Translations under genes and position numbers: made by a program
Shown: one piece after another, positions 1-16,751 of the stretch
Layout: every line of letters begins with the position of its first letter
How positions within the stretch are numbered: position 1 is the first letter of the stretch
The notes under the pieces: generated by a model
Told to the model about the DNA's origin: nothing
Seen by the model: the letters and a program-made list of their open reading frames with translations, nothing else
Databases searched by the model: none
Source of the DNA: an uncultured Gemmatimonadaceae bacterium
Lineage (GTDB): Bacteria > Gemmatimonadota > Gemmatimonadetes > Gemmatimonadales > Gemmatimonadaceae
DNA length: 64,000 bases
Direction: 5' to 3'
NCBI GenBank assembly: GCA_963740355.1
Contig: CAVUDW010000002.1
Location: 928,001 to 992,000, forward strand

Positions 1-111
1 CGGCAGAGGAGGCGTATCAGGTGCATCCGGAACACGACAAGTTTCGCGCCGAGTGCGGCACGTTCTGGGACCGCGTCCGGATTTTCGACTCCGTCTGACA
101 GTGCGGTCGAA

Positions 112-2253
112 CTAGGCGAGCTGCGGAACGGTCGCACGCGTTTCGCCGCGAGCCTTCGCGACGGATGCGGCCAGCTGCCGTGAATCGCTGGCGTCGGCAA
201 TGGCTTCGATCCGACCCGCGTGTACTGCGTCGAGGAAGGCGCGGACGATACGCGGGTCGAAGTGCGCGCCGGATCCCATCTGGATGATGGCGCACGCTTC
301 CGCAGTCGTCATGCCGGCACGATACGGGCGATCACTGGCCAACGCATCAAAGACGTCGGCCACTGCCAACACCCGCGCGAGGTACGGGATCTGGTCACCG
401 TAGAGTTGATCGGGATACCCCGTGCCGTCCATCCGCTCATGGTGTGATCGCACGATCGGCAGCGCGTCGGCGAAGGCCGGAATGGGGGAGAGAATCTCAC
501 AGCCCACGATGGGGTGTCGCCGCATCACGGCCCATTCGTCGTCGGTCAGCTTGCCCGCCTTGTCGAGCACCGCTGGTGGTACCGCAATCTTGCCGATGTC
601 GTGCAGCAGTCCGCCACGCTCCAAGGTGTCGAGCTGCTGGGCTGACAGCCCGAGTTCGCGCGCGATCTCAATGGCGATGTGCGTCACACGCTCGGAGTGA
701 CCGGCCGTCCAGGGCGAATTCGCATCGATGGCGCGCGCGAACGCCAGCACGGTGCCGGCGGAGAGCGCATCCAGTCGGGTCAACAATTGGACGTTGCTGA
801 GCGCAAGGGCGACGCGATCCGCGATGCGGCGTGCTTCGGCCAACGCGATCTCATTGGCGGGTTGCACACGCAGCCGGATCGCGATCACACCAAGCAGGGC
901 GCCGTCATGCACCAGTGGCAAGACCAGTGACGGGCTGAGGCTGTAGGTGACGTCGACGCGCGGCATGTAGCTGCGTTGTGCAGCACCTGCCTCGAGCGAC
1001 AGCTGCCGTGGATGCGCGAGCAACTCGGTGCGATCGGTGTCGCTGAGCTGCTTGGTGGTCGTGCGACGTTCGCCGCTGATCGTGTGCCGAGAGGTCGCGT
1101 CGAGTGCGGTGGGATCGTCGGGCCGGACGATCGCCACGGTGACCGTGATGCAGTCGAGTGACGCGGCAATGCAGGCGAGGGTCTCGTCAACCACTGCGCT
1201 GCTGTTGTGTGTACCGAGTGCCGATTGATCGACGGCATCGAGATTGTGCATCAGGGTGATCTGCCGATGAAGCGTCGACGCCATGCCGTTGAACGAACGC
1301 GCCACCTCCGAGTATTCGTCGTCACCCTCGACGATCACTGGCGTGCCAAAGTCGCCCGACTGCAGCCGTCGAGTGCCATCCTTGAGTTGCGCCAGGGGCT
1401 CGGTCGTGCGACGGATCTGTGCATGGCTGACGGCAAAGATCAGGACGACCACCGCGGCGATCAGCAGGAGAAATGTGTTACGAAATGTGGCGGCGGCGGC
1501 AAACGATACACTCTGTGGCTGCAGGACAACCGTGCGCCACTCTGCCGATCCGTACTCGTGTCGGAGGTAGATGTCCCTGGCAGAGACGAAGAATCCTGGC
1601 GTCGTGAGTGTGTCAGCATCGCTGCCTCCGCCTCGCGCTCGGTGTTGCGCCACATCGAGCGCGGTCCGATCAAGCTGCGTGGAGCAGGTGATCCGCGCGA
1701 GCGTCGGCATGGCGAAGACGCAGAAGAGCGCATCTTCACCTTCGATCGCCTCATCGGATTCACCGAAGAGCGCGTCGCGGCGCACGCGGCCCCAGACGAT
1801 CGCGCGAGACGCGCCCGCCCATGGCAGGAGGGCTCGGCCCATCACGATGCGCGCCTCATCGTGCGTAGTGGGCGACGCGGTGAGCAGGAGCAGCGATCGC
1901 CCATCGCCGAGCTGTCGCACTTCCTCAGTCGTGAGCGGGCGCGAAAGTACGCCGAGTGACGCGGGGGCGCCGAGCGTCGCATCCAACCGGATGACGGAAT
2001 CGAACGGTGCTGCCGGCGCGCTGTCGACGAGGGCCGATTGGAGCTTGAAAGAAGCAGCCGTGAGATACGAGAGCGTCCCGATTCCGAGGGACTTGCTCAG
2101 TCGGCCGACGCGCTCCTCGGCCTGGTCGCGCAGTTCCGCACGAACCGTTGCGAATGAGATAGCGGCGATGACGGCGACCGGCGCCAGGGCCGTCAACATG
2201 TTGACGGCCAGAAACCGCCGGCCCACCCGTGTCGTGAGGAACCCCAGCGTCAC
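112..2253 (-). CDS. Membrane-anchored HAMP-GAF-HD-GYP cyclic-dinucleotide phosphodiesterase
   Basis: Two TM segments flank a periplasmic region. HAMP (PLAQLKDGTRRLQSGDFG...DEYSEVARSFNGM), then a GAF-like segment, then intact HD-GYP motifs LHDIGK, HHERMDGTGYP and DALASDRPYR. Confidence 0.9.
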   Translation of the reverse strand: MTLGFLTTRVGRRFLAVNMLTALAPVAVIAAISFATVRAELRDQAEERVGRLSKSLGIGTLSYLTAASFKLQSALVDSAPAAPFDSVIRLDATLGAPASLGVLSRPLTTEEVRQLGDGRSLLLLTASPTTHDEARIVMGRALLPWAGASRAIVWGRVRRDALFGESDEAIEGEDALFCVFAMPTLARITCSTQLDRTALDVAQHRARGGGSDADTLTTPGFFVSARDIYLRHEYGSAEWRTVVLQPQSVSFAAAATFRNTFLLLIAAVVVLIFAVSHAQIRRTTEPLAQLKDGTRRLQSGDFGTPVIVEGDDEYSEVARSFNGMASTLHRQITLMHNLDAVDQSALGTHNSSAVVDETLACIAASLDCITVTVAIVRPDDPTALDATSRHTISGERRTTTKQLSDTDRTELLAHPRQLSLEAGAAQRSYMPRVDVTYSLSPSLVLPLVHDGALLGVIAIRLRVQPANEIALAEARRIADRVALALSNVQLLTRLDALSAGTVLAFARAIDANSPWTAGHSERVTHIAIEIARELGLSAQQLDTLERGGLLHDIGKIAVPPAVLDKAGKLTDDEWAVMRRHPIVGCEILSPIPAFADALPIVRSHHERMDGTGYPDQLYGDQIPYLARVLAVADVFDALASDRPYRAGMTTAEACAIIQMGSGAHFDPRIVRAFLDAVHAGRIEAIADASDSRQLAASVAKARGETRATVPQLA

Positions 2254-2259
2254 GAGAGA

Positions 2260-2727
2260 TCAGTAGCCGGAGGCAATGCCGACGTACTTCCCATCGTTTG
2301 CGACGATGATGTCGTCTCGCGACGGACCGGACGTCAGCGGCAAGTTGCTCGCCCCATCCGGCCCTTTCGAGTAGAGGTCGAACATGCTGTTCAGCGGATG
2401 CAGGCTGCGATCCTTGCGCGCCCCCGGCGGGTCGCCGCCGCCCGAGAGATCGAAGCGCAGGTATTCGTAAGGGTTGCCCCACGGGTCCTTGAGGTCGCCG
2501 CGCCCGATGTCCGCCAGGGACGCAGGAAGCGGATCCATCATGGTCAACTGCAGGTTGATGGCCTGCAACTGCATGATCGCCGAGCTGATCTTCACCTTCT
2601 GGATGTGTTGCTTGTATTTCACCGTCGCGACGGTGGCAAGAATGCCAATCACCACGACGGTGGCGAGAAGTTCGATGATCGTGAATGCCGGGCGTTCGCA
2701 TCGGCGGGTTGCTGCAGCGTCGGGCAT
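2260..2727 (-). CDS. Prepilin-type N-terminal cleavage/methylation protein (GspG-like pseudopilin)
   Basis: Class III signal RPA|FTIIELLATVVVIGILATVA with E5. GspG-like DPWGNPYEY and FDLYSKGPDG motifs. Start is ATG 2727 or 2736. Confidence 0.85.
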   Translation of the reverse strand: MPDAAATRRCERPAFTIIELLATVVVIGILATVATVKYKQHIQKVKISSAIMQLQAINLQLTMMDPLPASLADIGRGDLKDPWGNPYEYLRFDLSGGGDPPGARKDRSLHPLNSMFDLYSKGPDGASNLPLTSGPSRDDIIVANDGKYVGIASGY

Positions 2728-2934
2728 GATCCTCAATGATTGGCGGCCAGCGACCGTATGGCCGGCTCCGGACTCGGGTATGAGATGTCTATGTCCTTAG
2801 TATCGGAACGATGACGATCCCACCCAACCGTGACGACCATGCCTGATTCGCGGCACGTCATCTGTTTCATTTGTTTGCAGCCCGGTCCACCCGACTCTCC
2901 TGCCCGAACTGCATGACCGACCGTCCGGCCGCGC

Positions 2935-3369
2935 ATGGCTGAAATCACGCACGACCTCCCGATTGCAGCGTCTGCGGGCGCCGTCTACGCCGCAGTGACC
3001 TCCCCTTCATGCCTTGACGCCTGGTGGACGCTGCACTGTGAAGGGATCCCCGTAGAGGGTACGCCCTACTTGTTGTACTTCGGAGAGGGGTACGACTGGC
3101 GCGCTCGGGTCGTCCGCGCCGATACGGATCGAGAGTTTGCGCTCGAGATCACGGTTGCCAGCGGGGACTGGGTCGGAACCACTGTGAGCTTTCGGCTCGA
3201 ACCGGGCGAAGGTGGCATGACCTGGCTCCGGTTCCGGCATTCGGGCTGGGCCGACGCCTCCGATCACTTTCGGATCACATCATACTGCTGGGCACTGTAC
3301 CTCCGTCTGCTGCGCCGCTGGGTCGAGCGGGCCGAGGTCGTGCCCTACGAGCATCGGCTCGACGCCTGA
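2935..3369 (+). CDS. SRPBCC/AHSA1-like domain protein
   Basis: 144 aa with AHSA1-like pattern (VYAAVT...LDAWW, WVGTTVSFRL, LRFRHSGW, WALYLRLLRRWVE). Confidence 0.8.
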   Translation: MAEITHDLPIAASAGAVYAAVTSPSCLDAWWTLHCEGIPVEGTPYLLYFGEGYDWRARVVRADTDREFALEITVASGDWVGTTVSFRLEPGEGGMTWLRFRHSGWADASDHFRITSYCWALYLRLLRRWVERAEVVPYEHRLDA

Positions 3370-3605
3370 GGCAGCCGCCGCGCCTGGGCGCGCGACGGCC
3401 CGTGCGAGCGATGGCCGCGACCGGCCTCGCGTCTGGATGAGTCTGGTAGTCCATTGCCCCCCGTTTCGCGCCATCCGGGAGACTGAGACAGGCTGAACAT
3501 TAGAACCGTTTGCTCTTGGGATAGGGAAATCGTCATACTCCGCCAAGTGGATCGAATGTCGATCGACCGCGGCTTTGTGCACTTCCGGACCAAACCGACA
3601 CGACC

Positions 3606-10232
<6,627 letters not shown>

Positions 10233-10415
10233 CGAACGAGGCCATTCACCAGGCGAGCTCGAGAAGTCCGCTCGCTGCGTAGGGAACAGATGTTGTGACG
10301 CCGGCATCAGCCGCGCGTCCCATCTGCGAAGGATCTGCGAGCACCGGCGTTTGCGAGAGTTGTCAGCTCGCGACCCGGTGCTCGCTAGTTGTGGGACCTG
10401 CGTCGTCGCGCGACG

Positions 10416-10733
10416 CTAATTCCTGCCGAGTCGGAAGCGCAGTTGCTTCACGGGCGCGCGACCCGGCACGGCGTTCAGGCGTTCGAGCAGCGTGGGGGCC
10501 AGCAGGCTCAGTTCATTCATCCACGCCGCAGTCGTCACGCGCACCCACAACACACCATCCGCGGTGACCGACAGCGGTTCGGTGACGGCCGCGATCTGCG
10601 CTCCGACGGCAGCGGACCAGTCGTCCATCGCGCCGACCTGTGCCACGCGTTCCGTCATGCCCTTTTGCGCCAGCACCTGGGCCATGACATCGGCGATGCT
10701 CACGGGCTGGCCCTTCTTCTTTGGCCCGGTCAT
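10416..10733 (-). CDS. dciA: DUF721/DciA family helicase-loader accessory protein
   Basis: 105 aa from ATG 10733, overlapping the recF stop (ATGA). Pattern WSAAVGAQIAAVT...GVLWVRVTTAAWMNEL is typical of DUF721. Confidence 0.8.
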   Translation of the reverse strand: MTGPKKKGQPVSIADVMAQVLAQKGMTERVAQVGAMDDWSAAVGAQIAAVTEPLSVTADGVLWVRVTTAAWMNELSLLAPTLLERLNAVPGRAPVKQLRFRLGRN

Positions 10734-11914
10734 GCGTCCGGGGTGAGCGTGCCATGCAAGACACGCACGGTCTGAAGCCCTGTCAGCGCGCGTGGAATGT
10801 CCTCGACACGCGGGACGGCCAGCACCACCTGTCCCAATCCGCGACTGCCGAGCAATCCGAGAATCCGTGCGCTGCGATCGGCGTCCAGTTCCGCGAAGGG
10901 GTCGTCGAGCAACAGCAGCGGCGCGGTGCCGAGGGATGCCTGCAGCGTTCGCGCCTCGAGCATGCGCAGCGCAATCGCGGCGCTGCGCTGCTGTCCGTTG
11001 CTGCCGAAGTTGCGCAGGTCGCGTCCATCGAGCAGCAGCTGCAACTCGTCGCGATGCGGGCCGGTGTGCGTCGTGCCGCGTCGCACGTCGTGGGCACGTT
11101 GTGTCGCGAGGGTCGTACGGAGCCATTCGCGCAGTTCCGCCACGTCGGTTCGTGCGCCACCGCCGCGCTTGAGCGTAAGCGAGACGCTGGTGCGCTCACC
11201 GATGGCATCCAGCACCTCGGCGTAGGCGGGGGCGGCATCGAGTGTCCAGGCATGTCGGCGGGCGAGCATGCTGGCACCGGCATCGGCGAGTGCGGGCTCG
11301 AATGCTTCGACCGCGTCCATCTGTTCGGCGTCCCGCGTCTGTCCATTCATGCTGCGCAAGGCTGCATTCCGCTGCGCGAGCGCATGCCGGTACAGCTGCA
11401 GTGCCAACAGGTACGAGCGGTCGGCGAGTGCCAGCATCACATCGAGGAAGCGGCGTCGCTCGGCGGGAGCCCCGCGAACCAGTGCCGCGTCCGCCGGTGA
11501 GAACAACACCGCCGGCGCGGCACCGATGGCATCACTGAGCCGCGTGACTTCAACGCCATCGATCGAGACCTTCTTCTTCTGTGTGTTGGCGTCGAATCCA
11601 GCAGACACACTGAGGGCGCCGCGCGGCGAGTTCTCGAGCGTGGCCGCGACGTGGAAGCCACCGTCACCGAATCGTACCAGATCCTTGTCGCGTGCACCGC
11701 GCGCGCTGCGGAACAACTCGAGGTAGTAGATCGCCTCGAGCAGGTTCGTCTTGCCATGGCCGTTGTCACCGAGCAACGCCACACCGTCGGGCGGCAGCGT
11801 CAACGTGGCACGGTCGTAGTTGCGAAAGCTGGTGAGCGTGAGCTGCACCACGCGCACCGCCGGCACCACCACTGTGCCAGCGGTCGGTGCTTCCGCAACC
11901 ACGGTCGTGCTCAC
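10730..11914 (-). CDS. recF: DNA replication/repair protein RecF
   Basis: FRNY, Walker A GDNGHGKTNLLEAI, GPHRDEL, SNGQQRS, LLLLDDPFAELD. Confidence 0.95.
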   Translation of the reverse strand: MSTTVVAEAPTAGTVVVPAVRVVQLTLTSFRNYDRATLTLPPDGVALLGDNGHGKTNLLEAIYYLELFRSARGARDKDLVRFGDGGFHVAATLENSPRGALSVSAGFDANTQKKKVSIDGVEVTRLSDAIGAAPAVLFSPADAALVRGAPAERRRFLDVMLALADRSYLLALQLYRHALAQRNAALRSMNGQTRDAEQMDAVEAFEPALADAGASMLARRHAWTLDAAPAYAEVLDAIGERTSVSLTLKRGGGARTDVAELREWLRTTLATQRAHDVRRGTTHTGPHRDELQLLLDGRDLRNFGSNGQQRSAAIALRMLEARTLQASLGTAPLLLLDDPFAELDADRSARILGLLGSRGLGQVVLAVPRVEDIPRALTGLQTVRVLHGTLTPDA

Positions 11915-11938
11915 GTCACCCCACTCGCGTCAGGCTGG

Positions 11939-12718
11939 TCACGCGCCAGTGAACGATGCTGGTCGCTTCTCGAGGAAGGCCTGCATGCCTTCCTTCATGT
12001 CGGTCGTTGACGACAGGGTGCCGAAGTGTGCCGCCTCGTACGCGAGCGCGTCGCCGAGCGACATGTCCTGACCGCGCACGACGGCGTCGATGCAAGCCCG
12101 CACGGCCAGTGGCCCGTTGGCGAGCATCTGCGTCAACATCGCGGTCGTGGTTGCGATCAGCTGATCGTTTGGCACGACCTTGTTCGCGAGCCCGATCCGC
12201 ACGGCTTCGTTGGCGTCGATCACCTCGGCGGTCATCAGCAGTTGCAACGCGCGACCCGTGCCTACCAGGCGCGGGAGACGCTGCGTGCCGCCATAGCCGG
12301 GCAGGATACCGAGCTTCACTTCAGGCTGTCCGAACTTCGCCGACTCCGCCGCAATCCGAAGATGACAGCACATCGCGAGTTCACAGCCGCCGCCGAGAGC
12401 GAAGCCATTCACCGCGGCGATGGTCGGCTTCGGGCTGCGCTCGAAGCGGCCGAAGATCTCCTGGCCGCGGCGGGCGCGGGCGACGGCACTCATGGGCGTC
12501 TGGCCGGCGAGCTCGCTGATGTCGGCGCCGGCGATGAAGGCACGGCCGGCGCCGGTGAGGATGATGCCCCCCACCGCGTCATCGGCGATGGCCTGGTCGA
12601 TGGCGACCCCCAGCTCACCGATCAGGGCGGCACTGAGGGCGTTGAGCTTGTCGGGGCGGTTGACGGTGATCGTCGCGATCCGGTCGGCCACCGAATACAG
12701 CAGGAAGTTGAAGGACAT
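11939..12718 (-). CDS. Enoyl-CoA hydratase/crotonase family protein
   Basis: NRPDKLNAL, FIAGADI, ALGGGCEL, FGQPEVKLGILPGYGGTQRL. Confidence 0.93.
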   Translation of the reverse strand: MSFNFLLYSVADRIATITVNRPDKLNALSAALIGELGVAIDQAIADDAVGGIILTGAGRAFIAGADISELAGQTPMSAVARARRGQEIFGRFERSPKPTIAAVNGFALGGGCELAMCCHLRIAAESAKFGQPEVKLGILPGYGGTQRLPRLVGTGRALQLLMTAEVIDANEAVRIGLANKVVPNDQLIATTTAMLTQMLANGPLAVRACIDAVVRGQDMSLGDALAYEAAHFGTLSSTTDMKEGMQAFLEKRPASFTGA

Positions 12719-12958
12719 GCGAGGCAGGGTCTGCAGGTGGGGCGGTACGCGGTGAAGGGGACGGCCGCGAGCGGCTTCGGGCGAAAGATACCGCCACTCG
12801 CATCCCTTCTCGGGCTGGTCGTCCCGCGCCGGGGCGAGACGGTCCCGGTGAGTGTCTTCGACACACTGGCCGAGACGTGCACCGTCCCCGATACTGGTAA
12901 TATCTCAGCAGGGGCCGAGGAGCGGGTTTTCCCGGCCACCAATCAGGAGAGAAGGTTT

Positions 12959-13699
12959 ATGCCCTTTCGACATGCTGCGCGGCACCTCTCAGTCCGCAGC
13001 CGGATGGCCCACCGTCGCATCCGGCAGGTTCTCGAGCGCACGACCGCACCGAAACTGCTTGGCCCGGCGACGCTCTGGTTCGGCTCATTCAGCCTTGTCT
13101 CGCACGCGGTGGTGACATGGGGAGTGATCGCGTTTGCGCCAGCGCCGCTGCCGGATGCGATGAACGATCCGCTGGTCGCGTCGCGGTTTCTCTATCCGCT
13201 GATGCAGCAGCAGCCGCGCCCATCACAAGAACATGTCAGCTACGTAGGCATGCTGGGGCGCCACACGCAAAGTGCTCCAGCGATGGCCAAGGGCGGGGTG
13301 ATACCCGGACCGTCACCGGAGATCGAGCTGGCTGTTGCTCCCGCGCCGCCGCCACCGCCGCCAGTCGAATCGGAGGCGTCGGAGGCCTTCAGCGAGTTGG
13401 AAGTCGACGTGACGGCCGAGCGCGACCCGGAGAGCGAAGGGCCCACCTACCCCGACTCGCTGCTCGAGAAGAAGATCGAGGGCGAAGCGCGGGTGCGATT
13501 CGTGATCGATTCGACCGGGCACGCTGACGAGACATCATTCGCGGTGCTGGAGACGAATCAGAGCGCCTTCGCCGAAGCGGTCCGGATGGCGCTGCCGCGG
13601 ATGAAGTTCAAGCCGGCCTCGATCGGGAAGAAGCCGGTCTCGCAGCGTGTCGAGCAGACGTTCCTGTTCCGCATCACAAGGACTCCACTCATTCCCTGA
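12959..13699 (+). CDS. tonB: Energy transducer TonB
   Basis: ATG after AGGAG. N-terminal hydrophobic SH-containing helix, Pro-rich linker, C-terminal TonB domain (PTYPDSL...IEGEARVRFVIDSTG...FKPA). Confidence 0.8.
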   Translation: MPFRHAARHLSVRSRMAHRRIRQVLERTTAPKLLGPATLWFGSFSLVSHAVVTWGVIAFAPAPLPDAMNDPLVASRFLYPLMQQQPRPSQEHVSYVGMLGRHTQSAPAMAKGGVIPGPSPEIELAVAPAPPPPPPVESEASEAFSELEVDVTAERDPESEGPTYPDSLLEKKIEGEARVRFVIDSTGHADETSFAVLETNQSAFAEAVRMALPRMKFKPASIGKKPVSQRVEQTFLFRITRTPLIP

Positions 13700-13751
13700 A
13701 GCGCGGCCCTGCCTCGCGCGGGTTTGCGGCTAAGTTCCGGCGTCGACTGCC

Positions 13752-15683
13752 GTGCCCGGGTTCGGGCGCGTGCCCTCTCCGCTGCACTTCAGTCCCCGAG
13801 CCGTGCTTCGTCTCTCGCCGATCGTTTCCGTCATCACTGTTGGTGCGTTCGCGGCGACGCTGGCCGCACCGGATTTTGCCGCTGCGCAGTCGGCACGACG
13901 CGCTGGCCCGTCGGGCCGCTCCGCAGCGCCGGCCACCGTCTGGCCCGACGAGGGCCCGCGCACCTGGGCGCCGCGACCGACATCGTCGGCCATCACGGCC
14001 AACGACCTGCGCACGCGACTCTATCAGTTTGCCGATGACTCGATGCAAGGCCGCCGTATCGGCGAGATCGGCAACCAGAAAGGCACCGACTACATCGCGC
14101 GCGAGTTCAAGCGCCTCGGCTTGAAGCCTGCCGGCGATAGCGGGACGTATTTCCAGGTGCTGCCGTTCGGGGCGCAGGCGTTCGATCCCGCCGCATCACG
14201 CTTGAGTGTCCGCAGTGCAGCGCTACAGCCCAAGCGTGACTGGGTGCCGATGACGCCCTCCATGCCGGCGAAGATCGCCGCGCAGGCGACCCTGGAAAAC
14301 GTGCCGACCGTGTTCGCCGGACGGTGGGGCGACACCAGCGTGGTGCTGGATGCTGCCGCATTGCGTGGCAAGGTGGCGGTGTTCCGCGCCGCACCGACGC
14401 AGCCGGCGGCACCCGGCGCGTCGGGTGCGCCAGCGTCCTTCCTCAGTTGCGATGCACGTCCCGACATGTTCGGCGCGGCGGCCGTGATCGCCGCCGAGGC
14501 GTCGGGACGAGCGCCCGCACGTCGCGCGGTCGGCGGTGGCGGCGTGCGTGACACGCGCGCGCAGGATGCGGGCGCAGCGGGAATCCTGATCATCGGGTTG
14601 GACGGCATGTCGCCAGCGGCGGTGGCAGCGGCATTCGCTCCGCGTGTGGGCATGCAGCAGCCGATGCAGAAGGTCGGTGTCGGCGTGGCCACGATCAGTG
14701 CCGCAGTCGCGTCGCAGCTGTTCAGCGGCAACCTCGAGCAACTCCAGGTCGGCGCGACCGGCGCACCGGTGTCGGCCAGCTGGTCGTATGAGTTCAAGCC
14801 GTCCGCGGCACTGGCTCGCAACGTCATCGCGGTCCTGCCGGGCTCCGATCCTGTGCTGGCATCTGAGTACGTGCTGGTCGGCGCACACAATGACCACGTC
14901 GGAACGAGTCCGGTGGCGCTCGACCACGATTCGCTGCGCGCCGTCAACACCGTCACGCGACCGCAGGGCGCGAACGACGCGCCGTGTGCGCCCACCGCCG
15001 CGCAGCAGCAGAAGATCGACTCGATGATCGCCGCCGCGCGCCGCGTGCGACCGGCACGCCGCGACTCGATCTTCAACGGCGCCGATGACGATGGCTCTGG
15101 CACGGTCGTGCTGCTCGAAATTGCGGAGCAGTTCGCGGCAGAGAAGCCGAAGCGCTCGATCATCTTCGTGTCGCATCAGGGCGAGGAAGGTGGTCTGCTT
15201 GGTTCCAGCTGGTTCGTGGATCACCCGACGGTGCCGCTGGCGCAGGTCGTCGCCGCGCACAACATGGACATGCTGGGCAAGGGGCGCGTGGACCAGGTGA
15301 AGTTCGGTGGCCCGGCCTCGGTGCAGATGCTCGGCGCCCGCCGACTCTCGCGCGAGTTCGGCGACATCATCGACTCGGTCAATGCCACCCGAGCGGAAGT
15401 GATGGCAATCGACAAGTCATGGGACGTGACAGCGAACCCGCTCAATCGCTTCTGCCGCAGCGACCAGGTGAACTACGTCCGCAAGGACATTCCCGTCACC
15501 TACTTCTCGCTCGGCTACGCGCAGGACTATCACCAGCTCACCGACGAGCCGCAGTACATCGAGTACGAGCACTCGGCGCGACTCGGCCGCTTCATTCACG
15601 ACGTGATGATGGCGATCGCAACGCGTGCCGACCGACCGAAGATTGTCGGTGCCGATCCGTCGTATCCGCAGTGCTTCCGCTGA
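13752..15683 (+). CDS. M28 family metallopeptidase with PA-like insert (secreted)
   Basis: Signal peptide, GAHNDH, NGADDDGSG, GEEGGLLGS, NMDM, DYHQLTD. The real start is probably somewhat downstream. Confidence 0.9.
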   Translation: MPGFGRVPSPLHFSPRAVLRLSPIVSVITVGAFAATLAAPDFAAAQSARRAGPSGRSAAPATVWPDEGPRTWAPRPTSSAITANDLRTRLYQFADDSMQGRRIGEIGNQKGTDYIAREFKRLGLKPAGDSGTYFQVLPFGAQAFDPAASRLSVRSAALQPKRDWVPMTPSMPAKIAAQATLENVPTVFAGRWGDTSVVLDAAALRGKVAVFRAAPTQPAAPGASGAPASFLSCDARPDMFGAAAVIAAEASGRAPARRAVGGGGVRDTRAQDAGAAGILIIGLDGMSPAAVAAAFAPRVGMQQPMQKVGVGVATISAAVASQLFSGNLEQLQVGATGAPVSASWSYEFKPSAALARNVIAVLPGSDPVLASEYVLVGAHNDHVGTSPVALDHDSLRAVNTVTRPQGANDAPCAPTAAQQQKIDSMIAAARRVRPARRDSIFNGADDDGSGTVVLLEIAEQFAAEKPKRSIIFVSHQGEEGGLLGSSWFVDHPTVPLAQVVAAHNMDMLGKGRVDQVKFGGPASVQMLGARRLSREFGDIIDSVNATRAEVMAIDKSWDVTANPLNRFCRSDQVNYVRKDIPVTYFSLGYAQDYHQLTDEPQYIEYEHSARLGRFIHDVMMAIATRADRPKIVGADPSYPQCFR

Positions 15684-15713
15684 GCGGCTTACCAACCGAC
15701 GCCACCCCTGCAC

Positions 15714-16751
15714 GTGTCGAACACACCGCCGCTGGCCGCCGTTCAGTTCGCGGCTGACACATCGGAGTTGCGCATCATCGACCAGACGCGCCTGCCCGGC
15801 GCGCTGGTCGAGCTGGCGCTGACGGAATTGCCGGAGATGGTGGAAGCGATTCAATCGCTTCGGGTGCGCGGGGCGCCGGCAATCGGTGTGGCGGGCGCGG
15901 TTGGCCTGGCCGTGCTGGCGGAGCGCGCGGCGCTCGAAAATCCCGCCACGTTCGATGCCGAGATCACGATCGCAGCGGCGGCATTGCGCTCCGCACGACC
16001 CACTGCCGTGAATCTCGCGTGGGCCGTGGATCGTGTGCTGGCGGCAGGGCAGGTGGGTGGTGCGTCACCGGCGATTCGCGCCACGGCGATGCGTGCCGAA
16101 GCCACTGCCATCCTCGAAGAAGACATCGCGATGTGCGCGCGAATCGGGGAGAATGGTGCGACGCTGCTTCGGTCCGGCATGACGGTGCTCACACACTGCA
16201 ACGCGGGTGCGCTGGCCACGGCCGGTATCGGCACCGCACTGGCGCCGATCTATACGATGCTGGCACGCGGGCAGGAGATTCGTGTCTTCGCCGATGAAAC
16301 GCGTCCGTTGCTGCAAGGCGCGCGTCTGACGGCCTGGGAACTCGATCGTGCCGGCGTCCCAGTGACGCTGGTCACCGACAACATGGCCGCGAGTGTGATG
16401 CGCAGCGGCCAGATCGATGCCGTGCTGGTGGGCGCGGATCGCATCGCGGCCAACGGTGACGTCGCCAACAAGATCGGGACCTATGGCGTGGCGGTGTTGG
16501 CGCGGCATCACGGCATTCCGTTCTACGTGCTGGCACCGTCGTCCACGCTCGATCCGCTGACTCCGGACGGCGACTCGATGCACATCGAGATGCGCGACGG
16601 TGACGAGGTGCGATCGATGGGCGGTGTCTTCACGGCGCCCGGTGGTGTCGTCGTGCACAACCCCGCCTTCGATGTGACACCGGCGGCGCTGGTGACGGCG
16701 ATCGTGACTGATACAGGCGTCTTTCTTCCACCATTCCACTTCACACTCTGA
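15714..16751 (+). CDS. mtnA: S-methyl-5-thioribose-1-phosphate isomerase
   Basis: VRGAPAIG, RPTAVNL, LTHCNAGALAT, DETRP, GADRIAANGDVANKIGTY, NPAFDVTP. Confidence 0.95.
   Translation: MSNTPPLAAVQFAADTSELRIIDQTRLPGALVELALTELPEMVEAIQSLRVRGAPAIGVAGAVGLAVLAERAALENPATFDAEITIAAAALRSARPTAVNLAWAVDRVLAAGQVGGASPAIRATAMRAEATAILEEDIAMCARIGENGATLLRSGMTVLTHCNAGALATAGIGTALAPIYTMLARGQEIRVFADETRPLLQGARLTAWELDRAGVPVTLVTDNMAASVMRSGQIDAVLVGADRIAANGDVANKIGTYGVAVLARHHGIPFYVLAPSSTLDPLTPDGDSMHIEMRDGDEVRSMGGVFTAPGGVVVHNPAFDVTPAALVTAIVTDTGVFLPPFHFTL

Noticed and set aside
12026..12958. N-terminal 311 aa of the 557-aa ORF upstream of tonB
   Set aside because: Mostly antisense to the crotonase. An RBS and ATG at 12959 give a normal TonB.
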